Source: a virus
DNA: 44,657 nucleotides
IMG/VR virus record: IMGVR_UViG_3300045988_179769
Direction: 5' to 3' (one strand)
Position numbers and translations under genes: made by a program. The notes beneath the pieces are model-generated. The model saw only the letters and a program-made list of their open reading frames with translations. It did no database searches and was not told the DNA's origin. Below are positions 7,749 to 16,834 of this stretch, piece by piece (positions within the stretch are counted from its first letter, which is position 1; each line of letters starts with the position of its first letter).

Positions 7749-9694
7749 GAGAAATCAAACTTAATCGTTTATCACTGAAACACTTCAAAGGTTTGGATTC
7801 GTTCGAATTTGAACCGCAAGGCAAAAGCGTCACAGTAAGCGGTCAGAACGGATCAGGAAAAACAACACTGGCTGATGCATTACTTTGGTTGCTTTTCGGT
7901 AAAGACACTCGAGGTGCAAAATTAAACCCTAAACCTTTGGACGGAAACAACGAGGAAAAGCTGGGATTAGAACCGACTGTTGAAGCAGAGCTTCTTATTG
8001 ATGGCACTGTGGTAACGCTAAAACGAGTTCAAGAAGAAAAATGGAATACACCTCGTGGGCAACTTGAAAAGGTTCGAGGTAGTGACACAACCAAATACAC
8101 GATCGATGGTGTGCCGACCATGGAAAAAGAATGGAAAGCATATCTCGAAAATATCAGTGCTGAAAACATTCTTCAGATGCTTTTTGATTCTACATTCTTT
8201 ATGAAGATGAACTGGAAGAATCGTCGCGAGATCTTGGTCAATATGACTGGCTTAAGTGATGAAGAGATCATCGCTAAGGATCCAACGTTGAAAGCTATCG
8301 AAAAGGTCATCAAGGAGCATTCGATCGATGACTACCGCAAAATCCTTGCTTCTCAGAAAAAAGAAGTGAAGCGGAAAATTGATGGATTGCCAGCTCGCAT
8401 TCAAGAGGTCACAGACATGTTCGCTAAAGCAAAAACTGATATCGGGGACCAATCTGCTGATGAGATTCAGGAGCAAGTTTTGGAATACGAGGCAGATGTG
8501 TCAGAACTACAAAGCAAATTGAATGCTATTGCTGCTGGCAATGCAACGCTTGATCATCATGAAGAACTGGCCAATTTAAAAGTTAAGCTAGCAAATGCTC
8601 AATCCGCTTATCTATCCAGTACTAATATGGAGACGCGATCCCTGCAAGATGACCTGAACAAACAGCAGCGGATTGTCAACGAAATTCGATCGCTGGTAGC
8701 TGAGGCTGAACATAAAAAGAGCATGTTAGCTACCCATATTGATGAAATGGCCATCTTTATTGAGAATCACTTGAAAGAATATTACGCATTAAAAAACCAA
8801 ACGTTTGATGAGCACCAAAAAGTTTGCCCAACCTGTGCACAAGAATTGCCAGCAGATCAAATTGTGACGATGGTTGCTACATTTGAACAAAAGAAATCTC
8901 AAAATATGGAAGAGAACGTTGCGCAGGGCAAGGCGGCTAGAGATCGTAGAAACGCTGCAGAAACGGAACTCGCTGAAATCGCAAGTGAGTATAAGCGGTT
9001 ATCACAAAAGTTGGTGGAAGCAGAAGAGACGCGCAATAAAATTAATTCGGAACTTGAGCTCATCGAAAATTTTACTCAAAAATTTGAAGAAACAAAGGAT
9101 TATCAAAAAATTCAAGATCAAATCAAAGTCGTGCAACAAAAGATCTTGAATGCGACTTCTGACACAGCAGAAGAAGAACAAGACATAAAGGAACAAATTC
9201 GGCAAAAACGAGTATTGATTGCGGAAGCGCAAGCGAAATTCCAGCAAATCAAAGGTCTATCCGGTTACGAAAATCGCATCGAGGAACTAAAAAAAGAAGA
9301 TGCTGCATTGAAGGCGCAAAATCAGGAGATTGAAAAGAACATGTTTCTTTTGGACGAATTTACTCGAAAAAAAGTTAGCTATCTTGAAGAGTCCATCAAC
9401 AGCAAATTCGAATTGGTCAAATTCAAATTGTTTAACATTCTGAAAAATGGCGGTCTTGAAGAAGTATGCGAGGCGACATACAACGGTATCGAGTATGGAA
9501 CAAGCCTGAATACTGGCGCCCGGATCAATTGCGACTTGGACATCATCGACACCTTAAGCAAAGAGTTTGGCTTGAGCGTCCCAGTATTTGTAGATAATAC
9601 CGAATCAGTAAACGACCTACATCCAATCAATTCGCAAATGATTGAGTTACGTGTAACAAAAAATAAAAATCTGAAAGTCGAGGTATCGGAATGA
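7745..9694 (+). CDS. SbcC/Rad50-like AAA ATPase with central coiled coil and CxxC zinc hook (recombination module)
   Basis: Walker A GQNGSGKTTLADAL. Long coiled coil. CPTC hook-like motif mid-protein. C-terminal VFVDNTES Walker B/D-loop-like. Confidence 0.6.
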   Translation: MREIKLNRLSLKHFKGLDSFEFEPQGKSVTVSGQNGSGKTTLADALLWLLFGKDTRGAKLNPKPLDGNNEEKLGLEPTVEAELLIDGTVVTLKRVQEEKWNTPRGQLEKVRGSDTTKYTIDGVPTMEKEWKAYLENISAENILQMLFDSTFFMKMNWKNRREILVNMTGLSDEEIIAKDPTLKAIEKVIKEHSIDDYRKILASQKKEVKRKIDGLPARIQEVTDMFAKAKTDIGDQSADEIQEQVLEYEADVSELQSKLNAIAAGNATLDHHEELANLKVKLANAQSAYLSSTNMETRSLQDDLNKQQRIVNEIRSLVAEAEHKKSMLATHIDEMAIFIENHLKEYYALKNQTFDEHQKVCPTCAQELPADQIVTMVATFEQKKSQNMEENVAQGKAARDRRNAAETELAEIASEYKRLSQKLVEAEETRNKINSELELIENFTQKFEETKDYQKIQDQIKVVQQKILNATSDTAEEEQDIKEQIRQKRVLIAEAQAKFQQIKGLSGYENRIEELKKEDAALKAQNQEIEKNMFLLDEFTRKKVSYLEESINSKFELVKFKLFNILKNGGLEEVCEATYNGIEYGTSLNTGARINCDLDIIDTLSKEFGLSVPVFVDNTESVNDLHPINSQMIELRVTKNKNLKVEVSE

Positions 9695-9927
9695 ACGAAG
9701 TTATTGTATACGCCAAGATCAACAATGAAAAAGTGCTAATTGGCACTTTTGAATCTACAGAGAATATTTATGAAGAAGTCGAAGAGAAACTAGATTATCT
9801 AAATCTATCTCACTTGATGGATCAACAAAATCGCATTTATGTTCGCACGAGATTTGATGATTACCGCATGATTTGGGGCGAACAAAAGTCGCCAATCATT
9901 GCTGTGATGCAAACAAAAGAAGAATGA
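9691..9927 (+). CDS. Hypothetical protein
   Basis: ORF, translationally coupled. Confidence 0.4.
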   Translation: MNEVIVYAKINNEKVLIGTFESTENIYEEVEEKLDYLNLSHLMDQQNRIYVRTRFDDYRMIWGEQKSPIIAVMQTKEE

Positions 9928-9941
9928 TAGGAGTATAAAAA

Positions 9942-11006
9942 ATGACTAATCAAAACACACCAGCAAAAGTATACAAATCACAGCTAGCAAAAATTAACGA
10001 CACGTATATGCCGCAGATTGAAAGTCAGTTGCATGGTAATGGTATTCATATGACCGAGTATCAGCGTACTTGTGTAATCAATTCAATCTCGGCAATCAAC
10101 GAAATGCTCGTAAAAGAAGGAATTAGTGTTGGGGATATTGATCAAAGTAACTTGACTCAGACTTTGATGCATGTAGCGGCACTGCAATTGAATGCAACAG
10201 CCACTCCTCGTGAAGTGTATTTCATCAAACGCAAACAAAAAAATAAAAACGGAACGGAAATACAAATCGTTGAGATGGGGATCGAGGGTGATGGAAACGA
10301 TGCTATTCTTTCTCGATTTGGCCGGAGCGTTAAAAAGGTACATCGTCATTGGGAAGTGCGAGAGCATGATGGATTTACTTATCCAGGATATGCGGGTCTG
10401 GAAGTGACACCACCAACTTGGACGCCTAAAGGAGAAGGTAAGGTAATCCGTGTTGTTTATCCAATCGAATACAACGATGGGCAAGTAGAATTTTTTATTG
10501 CCGAGCGAGAAGATGTCAAAGCTAACTTATTAGCTCATATGTACAACAATTTGATGTGGGATAACAAAAAAACTGAGAAGAAAGAAAAAATCAAAGAATT
10601 TTCCGAGGTGCATTCTCTTGATGAAATTTTAGATAGTACCGAGATGCAAGAACTAGGGAAAATAAGTCCAGCTTGGAAAGAACCACAAAGTAGAGAGTCA
10701 ATGATTGTTCGAAAAATGAGAAATAGAATTGTCAAAAAAATTCCGAAAGATTTCTCCAATGCCTATATTCAATCAATTGTTGAATCTGTCGAAGATGATT
10801 TCCAAACGCGCCAACTACAACGAAAAGAAGCAGAAATTATCGAAGAGATCGATCAAAATGCGAATACCGAAATCTTAGATCCTAAACCTACTGAAAAAGA
10901 TGATCGTCCGAAAAATGTAACTGAAGACGGCGAGATTCAGGAAGGTCAATTCACAGAGGAATCGGAGCAAACCAATTTTGACCTTGGAGAGGATGACCCG
11001 TATTGA
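9942..11006 (+). CDS. Putative single-strand annealing protein (RecT-like), with acidic C-terminal tail ending DDPY
   Basis: Position between the SbcC-like ATPase and the MBL hydrolase. Weak resemblance to the RecT core (IQIVEMGIEGDGNDAILSRFG vs RecT ..GYRG...). Acidic C-terminus. Confidence 0.35.
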   Translation: MTNQNTPAKVYKSQLAKINDTYMPQIESQLHGNGIHMTEYQRTCVINSISAINEMLVKEGISVGDIDQSNLTQTLMHVAALQLNATATPREVYFIKRKQKNKNGTEIQIVEMGIEGDGNDAILSRFGRSVKKVHRHWEVREHDGFTYPGYAGLEVTPPTWTPKGEGKVIRVVYPIEYNDGQVEFFIAEREDVKANLLAHMYNNLMWDNKKTEKKEKIKEFSEVHSLDEILDSTEMQELGKISPAWKEPQSRESMIVRKMRNRIVKKIPKDFSNAYIQSIVESVEDDFQTRQLQRKEAEIIEEIDQNANTEILDPKPTEKDDRPKNVTEDGEIQEGQFTEESEQTNFDLGEDDPY

Positions 11007-11731
11007 TTTCCGTTAAAGTATTTGGATCAGGAAGTAAGGGGAATGGCTATCTAATTGACGATGGCCATTCTCAGCTAATCATTGAATGCGGTGTCCCATT
11101 CATAAATGTGCAACAACAAATGGGACATGACTTTTCAAAGGTTTCAGGAGTTCTCATTACGCATGAGCATCGAGATCATTGCAAATACATCAGCAAGCTG
11201 ATTGATAAAACTTCAGTTGATGTTTTTGCAACACACGGTACTATCAATGCCATGTTTGACGATCCAGTCTTAAAGTTAAAAACTCATCATGGTTACCGAT
11301 TCAACGAGCTGTATTACAAGCAAACTCAGAAAATCGGCACTTGGTATGTAACGCCATTTGAGACCAAGCATGATGTTGCTGAACCTTGCGGCTTTCTGAT
11401 AGATAACACAGCTGGAGATAGATTGGTCTTCGTTACAGATTCCTACTACGTGAAATATCGATTTCCCAATGTTACCCATATGATGATTGAAGCAAATTAT
11501 TCAAAAGAAATCATTGATCAGAAAATGAATCGTGGTTTTGATATTAAGCGAAAAGAACGGCTTCTTGAAAGTCATTTCGATTTTGATCGAACGCTTGATT
11601 TCATCAAAACAAACAAAAGCGATCGCCTGCAAGAAGTTTGGCTGCTGCATTTATCAGATGCAAACAGCCATGAACAAAAATTTAAAGAGGATACGCAAAA
11701 GCTTGTTGGCGTTCCTGTTTATATAGCTTAG
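11003..11731 (+). CDS. MBL-fold metallo-hydrolase
   Basis: HEHRDH (HxHxDH) motif. TTG start with RBS ggagagg. Confidence 0.7.
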   Translation: MISVKVFGSGSKGNGYLIDDGHSQLIIECGVPFINVQQQMGHDFSKVSGVLITHEHRDHCKYISKLIDKTSVDVFATHGTINAMFDDPVLKLKTHHGYRFNELYYKQTQKIGTWYVTPFETKHDVAEPCGFLIDNTAGDRLVFVTDSYYVKYRFPNVTHMMIEANYSKEIIDQKMNRGFDIKRKERLLESHFDFDRTLDFIKTNKSDRLQEVWLLHLSDANSHEQKFKEDTQKLVGVPVYIA

Positions 11732-11744
11732 GTGGTGATAACGA

Positions 11745-12548
11745 ATGAACCTAGGTTATATCAAGCTTTATCGGAAGGTGACTAGTTCATTCGTTTGGAC
11801 CAATTCAGATATGTTCAAACTATGGATACTCTGTTTAATGAAGGCTAGTCACGAAGATAGGAAGTTTTTATTTAACGGTCAAGAGGTGTCGTTGACAAGC
11901 GGACAATTTGTCACGGGAGCCCATGCGATAGCAAAAGAATACAACGAAGGAGTGCCGAGTGACAAAGCAGTGGCATGGCGAAAGCTATGGAGATGGCTTA
12001 AAAAATTTGAAACTGAGGGATTATTGACAATCCAATCGAACCCCAGATACAGCGTCATATCAATAAAAAACTGGTCTGACTACCAGAGCAGTGACAAGCC
12101 AGTGACAAGCCAACGACAATCTAATGACAAGCCGATGACAACATACAAGAATGATAAGAATGAAAAGAATGATAAGAATTTAAATAATAGTCCTCGCAAC
12201 AAACGCAAAAAGCGCGTTTATGCGGACGACGACCCTAATAAAATTCTCGCAAAGACTTTATTGAAACTCATTCAAAAGAATCAGGACATAAAAGAACCTG
12301 ATATTGATGCTTGGGCAAATACAATCCGTTTAACGATTGAAGCAGACAAAAGATCTGGAAAAGAAGTTCAGGAAATGATTGTTTGGGCTTCGCATCATGA
12401 TTTTTGGAGCACTGTTGTTTTGTCGCCTTCAAGTCTAAGAAAAAATTTTGACAAAATGAAAGCTCAAAAAGGCGGTGGAAGTGAAAATAAAAAAACTAGT
12501 CTTCCAGAAAGCAGAAAATCAAAATCCAATTCGGGGGTGGAATTTTAA
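11745..12548 (+). CDS. Phage replisome organizer / replication initiator (Phage_rep_org_N + DnaD-like C-terminal domain)
   Basis: N-terminus YIKLYRKV...FKLWILCLMKA typical of replisome organizers. C-terminal WASHHDFWSTVV...LRKNFDKM is DnaD/DnaB_2-like. Confidence 0.65.
   Translation: MNLGYIKLYRKVTSSFVWTNSDMFKLWILCLMKASHEDRKFLFNGQEVSLTSGQFVTGAHAIAKEYNEGVPSDKAVAWRKLWRWLKKFETEGLLTIQSNPRYSVISIKNWSDYQSSDKPVTSQRQSNDKPMTTYKNDKNEKNDKNLNNSPRNKRKKRVYADDDPNKILAKTLLKLIQKNQDIKEPDIDAWANTIRLTIEADKRSGKEVQEMIVWASHHDFWSTVVLSPSSLRKNFDKMKAQKGGGSENKKTSLPESRKSKSNSGVEF
12085..12185. repeat. Iteron-like direct repeats inside the replisome organizer gene (putative origin of replication)
   Basis: agtgacaagcc agtgacaagcc ...atgacaagccgatgacaa... 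then gaatgataagaat x2. Confidence 0.5.
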
Positions 12549-13459
12549 TGGATTTCCCTATTCTTAACGAAGTCAACAAAACAAATGATCGATGTCAAAA
12601 ACACGACAAACCGATGGTTATGCTACGTGGGATGGAACCGTTCTGTACAGAATGTCAAAAAGAAAAGCTTGCTGCAGCTGAACAGGCACAAGTTGATGAC
12701 AGCTTCCTAAAGCATCGAAAAAGAAGAACAGTCGAAGTTTTAGAGAAAGATTCTATCATTGGAGATCCTACGCTATGGTATGCCGAATTTGGAAACTACA
12801 AAACAGACAACAAAGAAACGCAGTTGGCTCTTGAAAAATCACGTATTGCTGCAGGACAGTATCTGGATGGGTTGAATCGTTTGAATGCGTTGAAACGAGA
12901 GAAAAAGATGGCCAAGCAGAAATATGGAGATGATTCAGATCAAGTGAAAGAATTAAACACCAGTCTAAGAGAACTGGATCGTCAAACAAGCTTTAATGTT
13001 ATTTACACGGGGGTTCCCGGAGTCGGGAAGTCACATCTAGCGATGTCAATTCTAAAAGGTATAAATGCGAATGCCAAACCTTATGCGAGTTGCTTATTTG
13101 TATCCATCGCTGATGTCATGCGGCTTATCAGAGATAGTTTCAGCAATCCTAAAAGCATCTACACTGAAGAAAACATGGTGCGCCTTTTAAGCGAAGTGGA
13201 TTTACTGGTGCTAGATGATCTAGGAAGCGAGTCAACTTTTCAGAGTAAAAATAATGAAGCAAGTGAGTACAATCAGAAAGTTTTGTTTCCAGTACTAAAT
13301 GCTAGGAGTCGAACGATTATCACAACGAATCTCGATAGCAATTCTTTGGAATCAATTTACAACTCCAAAATTGTCAGCAGGATCTACAAAGGTGTTGATG
13401 GAAATATCATCAAATTCACACAATCAACTAAAGACAAACGAAGCAAGATCCAATTCTAA
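12548..13459 (+). CDS. DnaC/DnaI-like helicase loader ATPase (IstB-like) with N-terminal zinc-finger
   Basis: Walker A GVPGVGKSHLAMSI. Walker B LLVLDDLGSE. N-terminal CQKHD...CTECQKE. Confidence 0.75.
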   Translation: MDFPILNEVNKTNDRCQKHDKPMVMLRGMEPFCTECQKEKLAAAEQAQVDDSFLKHRKRRTVEVLEKDSIIGDPTLWYAEFGNYKTDNKETQLALEKSRIAAGQYLDGLNRLNALKREKKMAKQKYGDDSDQVKELNTSLRELDRQTSFNVIYTGVPGVGKSHLAMSILKGINANAKPYASCLFVSIADVMRLIRDSFSNPKSIYTEENMVRLLSEVDLLVLDDLGSESTFQSKNNEASEYNQKVLFPVLNARSRTIITTNLDSNSLESIYNSKIVSRIYKGVDGNIIKFTQSTKDKRSKIQF

Positions 13460-13478
13460 AAAAATAGGGGGAAAAACA

Positions 13479-13616
13479 ATGAAATGCCTTTTATGTAGCG
13501 ACCAACGAATTATCTGGACAAAAGCACCGGGGATTGCTCGTTGCGAACCATGTCCGAATTGCAATAAAAAAGTTTCGGATGAAAATCAGCGCATGAAAAA
13601 CAAGGCGGTGCGATAA
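13479..13616 (+). CDS. Mini zinc-ribbon protein (45 aa), paralog of 15124..15282
   Basis: RBS aggggg + 8 nt + ATG. CLLCSDQRIIW...CEPCPNC (2x CxxC). Alignable with the second copy. Confidence 0.45.
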   Translation: MKCLLCSDQRIIWTKAPGIARCEPCPNCNKKVSDENQRMKNKAVR

Positions 13617-14051
13617 ATGGAAATATTTTTTACAGTGCCAGGGGAACCAGTGCCGCAAGGTCGACCTAAATTCACTACGAAGCCGTTCGTTCGTGCGTAT
13701 GATCCGCCAAAATCAGCAGCATATAAAAAGTTAGTGGCTGCTTATGCATCGAGAGTGAAACCTACTACTCCGTTAGAAGGAGATTTGTTCGTGAAAATCG
13801 ATGTCTACAAAGGCTCATTGAAGAGTTTCAGCAAAAAGAAGCTTGAACAAGCTGAAGCGAAATCTCTAAGGCCCAGAACAAAGCCTGATGCAGATAACTA
13901 CGCAAAAGGACCACTTGATGCATGCAAAGGAATTCTTTGGAAAGATGATGGCCAAGTCGTCGATTTGTTTGTCAGTAAGTACTATTCAAAGAATCCGAGA
14001 ATTGAAATTCGTATTCAGGAAGTAAATTCAATACAAGAATCACTATTTTGA
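13617..14051 (+). CDS. rusA: RusA-family Holliday junction resolvase
   Basis: MEIFFTVPGEPVPQGRPKF...DADNYAKGPLDACKGILWKDDGQV matches the RusA endodeoxyribonuclease signature. Confidence 0.8.
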   Translation: MEIFFTVPGEPVPQGRPKFTTKPFVRAYDPPKSAAYKKLVAAYASRVKPTTPLEGDLFVKIDVYKGSLKSFSKKKLEQAEAKSLRPRTKPDADNYAKGPLDACKGILWKDDGQVVDLFVSKYYSKNPRIEIRIQEVNSIQESLF

Positions 14052-14063
14052 GGAGGCGAAAAT

Positions 14064-14330
14064 TTGCTAAACATGAAGGTTTTAGATTACCAAATAACGA
14101 GCGATGAAAATTCTGTTTCGGTAAGTAAGGTTAGGATTAGCGAGAAAAATGGTAATGAAGTATATACATTAGTTGGACATTATCCAACTTTGGAAATGGC
14201 AATGAGAGGTGTTCAGAAACACTACACACTCGGTGGCGGAACAGAGATTAAAACTATTGAAGATTACCGAACTGCTTTAACAGAAATACAAGAAGCCTTT
14301 CAAATCGAACTAAAATTGGAGGAAAAATAG
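14064..14330 (+). CDS. Hypothetical protein
   Basis: RBS gaggagg; TTG (14064) or ATG (14073) start. Confidence 0.4.
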   Translation: MLNMKVLDYQITSDENSVSVSKVRISEKNGNEVYTLVGHYPTLEMAMRGVQKHYTLGGGTEIKTIEDYRTALTEIQEAFQIELKLEEK

Positions 14331-15110
14331 ATGACATTAGAATTTAACGCAACAGTGCGCGACAAAGGTTTAGGAAACGATGATAAAAAGAAAATCTTGC
14401 TTGAGGTTCCGATCAGTGAGTTGAAAGGGAAAGTTGAAGAATTAACGCAGATTACCAACAAAGCTGTAACGATCCAAATTATTCCTCAATACTATCGGTA
14501 CACAGTGCCTTTTGACAAAAGCACCAATGCACCAACACAAGAATACGTTGTAAACAATGATGGAACGATCAACTTCGTTAAAAAGGAACAGACACAGCTG
14601 GAAGTTGACGATCAAGGAAATATCGATATCGAGAACCGACCGTTTGAAGTCACAAAAGATATCGTTGATGAATTCATTCGTGCCGCAAGATCTCTTGAGT
14701 TTCCGGGAAATATTAATCCACGAAGCGTGCTCATTCGACTTGAAGACGGCGAGCCAGCGGAAGATGTGGCAGAAGACTACGAAATGTCAGCAATTACAAT
14801 GCTCAATGAGCTTGAAAAAGCACGTGAGTATTACGCACCGTATGCAGCAGCTTGGGATAAAAAGCGTAATGAAGTCATCTTTCTGGAAAAAGAACCTGAA
14901 ACCGACGATTCTGATGACTCAGAAGAAGCTAGCGAGGATATTTCCGACGAGGTGAATAATGAATCGGAAATAGAAGAAAACCTCTCAGAAGTCGAATTAG
15001 ACGCTAATGAAGAAATTCCCGGAATTGACGAAGAAGCTGATGGTGATTTATTGGGACAATCCGATCCTTATGGAAACGAGCCGTCGGAAGGCGAAGCAGA
15101 CCCATACTGA
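14331..15110 (+). CDS. Hypothetical protein with ~80-aa strongly acidic C-terminal tail ending ADPY
   Basis: RBS ggaggaaaaatag before the ATG. The C-terminus is D/E/S-rich and ends ...GEADPY. Confidence 0.5.
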   Translation: MTLEFNATVRDKGLGNDDKKKILLEVPISELKGKVEELTQITNKAVTIQIIPQYYRYTVPFDKSTNAPTQEYVVNNDGTINFVKKEQTQLEVDDQGNIDIENRPFEVTKDIVDEFIRAARSLEFPGNINPRSVLIRLEDGEPAEDVAEDYEMSAITMLNELEKAREYYAPYAAAWDKKRNEVIFLEKEPETDDSDDSEEASEDISDEVNNESEIEENLSEVELDANEEIPGIDEEADGDLLGQSDPYGNEPSEGEADPY

Positions 15111-15123
15111 TTAGGGATATTAC

Positions 15124-15282
15124 AATGGCTTGTTTGAGATGTAAAGGTGAGCGAATCATTTGGTTGAAAGATAAATTTGGCCGGGCAGTAGCGAAAAGCT
15201 GCCCGGTATGTAACCGAAATGGCTTAGCAATAAAAAAAGAAATGAGGGATCTTGAACGTGAGCACCAAAAAAGGGGTTATTG
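15124..15282 (+). CDS. Mini zinc-ribbon protein (52 aa), paralog of 13479..13616
   Basis: CLRCKGERIIWLKDKFGRAVAKSCPVC; aligns with CLLCSDQRIIWTKAPGIARCEPCPNC. Confidence 0.4.
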
Positions 15283-15504
15283 AAGTCTTTTGGATAAATG
15301 TCTTGTGGCATGCGGAAAACAAAAAAGTACCAATCTCTGAAATCATGAATGGAAACACTAAAAAAGCGCAAAATAAAATTGCGAACGTCAATTTAAAAAG
15401 AGTCCAAGAGATTTCGCAAGTTTTGGATATCGATGACTATGCGATTTTGTTTGAAGAGGTTGAGTAGTGGAAGAGATACACAACTAAGAAAAGAGGAATA
15501 TTTA

Positions 15505-15783
15505 ATGTTTTATTACGAAAATAAAGAGTTCAGCGCTAATTCTCTATCTCATGCCTATACGAAATTTTTAGATGAATCTTGGGGATTGCACTACGTTGAT
15601 TACTTAAAACAAAATAATCTTGAACATGAAAAAATTTATGCGACAGAAGATATTGAGGAAGTTGAAGATCTTGTTGATGGATATTACAAATTGAAACAGA
15701 AGTTAGAAAATGGTGCTGTTTTTCAAATCGAAGTTTGGGAAAACGGAGATGGCTCATACGATGGACTTGCTCAGGTAGTTTAG
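15505..15783 (+). CDS. Hypothetical protein
   Basis: RBS aagaggaata before ATG 15505. Confidence 0.4.
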   Translation: MFYYENKEFSANSLSHAYTKFLDESWGLHYVDYLKQNNLEHEKIYATEDIEEVEDLVDGYYKLKQKLENGAVFQIEVWENGDGSYDGLAQVV

Positions 15784-15912
15784 TCAGCTATCCGACGAGA
15801 TAGAGGAATCACGCGAAAGTCAATCGAAATTAACATTCGATAAACATTGATATATAAACGATTACGAACAACAAACCGACAAAAATGTCGGACAGTCAAT
15901 CGAAAGCGAGGA

Positions 15913-16335
15913 ATGAATGTGAGTAGTTTAAAAGAAAAAATAGCAGAAGCAATAAGCAAACATGTTTCAATCGAGGACACATATACTTACGATTTAAAAA
16001 GAACCAAGTCTGCATTTGAAGTAGGAACCATGTCTTTAGAAGATTTCGAAGAATGGACAGATGAAAATGTTGAGGATTTAGCTGAGACAATCGTTGATGC
16101 ATTACAACCGCAACTCACTCCAAATCAGCAGATTGTGTTGAAGTTGTTAAAGGAAGAGCAGACTAAGAATCCGGGATTATCAATCTTTGGCACACTTTCA
16201 GTTTTGTTTGATGAATCAGAAAATCGGTTTATGAATCTTGATGTAATCGACGCACTAAACAACCTGTCTAATTCGCAGCAATCAGGTGTTTTCCAAGCGT
16301 TCAGCCAATGGGCTTTGGAACAGGGGGAAGAGTGA
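15913..16335 (+). CDS. Hypothetical protein
   Basis: RBS gcgagg before ATG 15913. Confidence 0.4.
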   Translation: MNVSSLKEKIAEAISKHVSIEDTYTYDLKRTKSAFEVGTMSLEDFEEWTDENVEDLAETIVDALQPQLTPNQQIVLKLLKEEQTKNPGLSIFGTLSVLFDESENRFMNLDVIDALNNLSNSQQSGVFQAFSQWALEQGEE

Positions 16336-16493
16336 TGGCTAAAAAGATTGCCTCAGCTACAGGATTGGGAAGAAACACTTTTCACTACTGGGATTCTGAG
16401 ATGGCACAAATAAATCTATATAGAGGTGGAAATCCAGATCCAACTTTCATCAGAAAAAGCAAACGAACTAAACCAAAAAAACGGAAGAAGTAA
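16335..16493 (+). CDS. Small hypothetical protein with lysine-rich C-terminus
   Basis: RBS gggggaag. ATG overlaps the upstream stop (ATGA). Confidence 0.35.
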   Translation: MAKKIASATGLGRNTFHYWDSEMAQINLYRGGNPDPTFIRKSKRTKPKKRKK

Positions 16494-16496
16494 TTC

Positions 16497-16530
16497 CGCA
16501 ATCGTCAGCGATAACGAAAAAAAGACCCAC
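16497..16530. terminator. Bidirectional terminator between converging + and - genes
   Basis: aaaaagacccactaggagtcttctttt, stem agac.../...gtct with T-run. Confidence 0.45.
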
Positions 16531-16790
16531 TAGGAGTCTTCTTTTGGAACTATTGAAATTCCTTGTATTTTCAGATCGACCGCAACACGTTCAGTCACTC
16601 TGACCATAAATTGTTGCTTAAGAATTTCAGAAAATTCATCAGAATACTCATTTATGTAAATACTCAGTTGTTTCAGAAATTCGTTAGGATCATCGCTTAA
16701 TTCGATGACTCGTAATGGATACATCATTTCATTAACAGCATCAATGACGGCTATTGGAACAACTGAGTTTAGATCAACAGTAATTTTCAT
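16530..16790 (-). CDS. Hypothetical 86-aa protein, reverse-strand moron inside the rightward early/middle region
   Basis: Strong RBS aggagg + 6 nt + ATG at 16790 (MKITVDL...). The longer 194-aa ORF in the table lacks an RBS. Convergent terminator at its 3' end. Confidence 0.5.
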   Translation of the reverse strand: MKITVDLNSVVPIAVIDAVNEMMYPLRVIELSDDPNEFLKQLSIYINEYSDEFSEILKQQFMVRVTERVAVDLKIQGISIVPKEDS

Positions 16791-16834
16791 ACGATCGCCT
16801 CCTATGGCGATTATATCATGGATGGAGGGATAAG

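Noticed and set aside
8874-9247. Lys/Arg-rich alternate-frame ORFs inside the SbcC-like ATPase gene
   Set aside because: Out-of-frame reading of the A-rich coiled-coil coding region. Overlapped by a confident CDS.
14557-14955. 132-aa alternate-frame ORF within 14331..15110
   Set aside because: No RBS. The primary frame has a strong RBS and a coherent domain structure.
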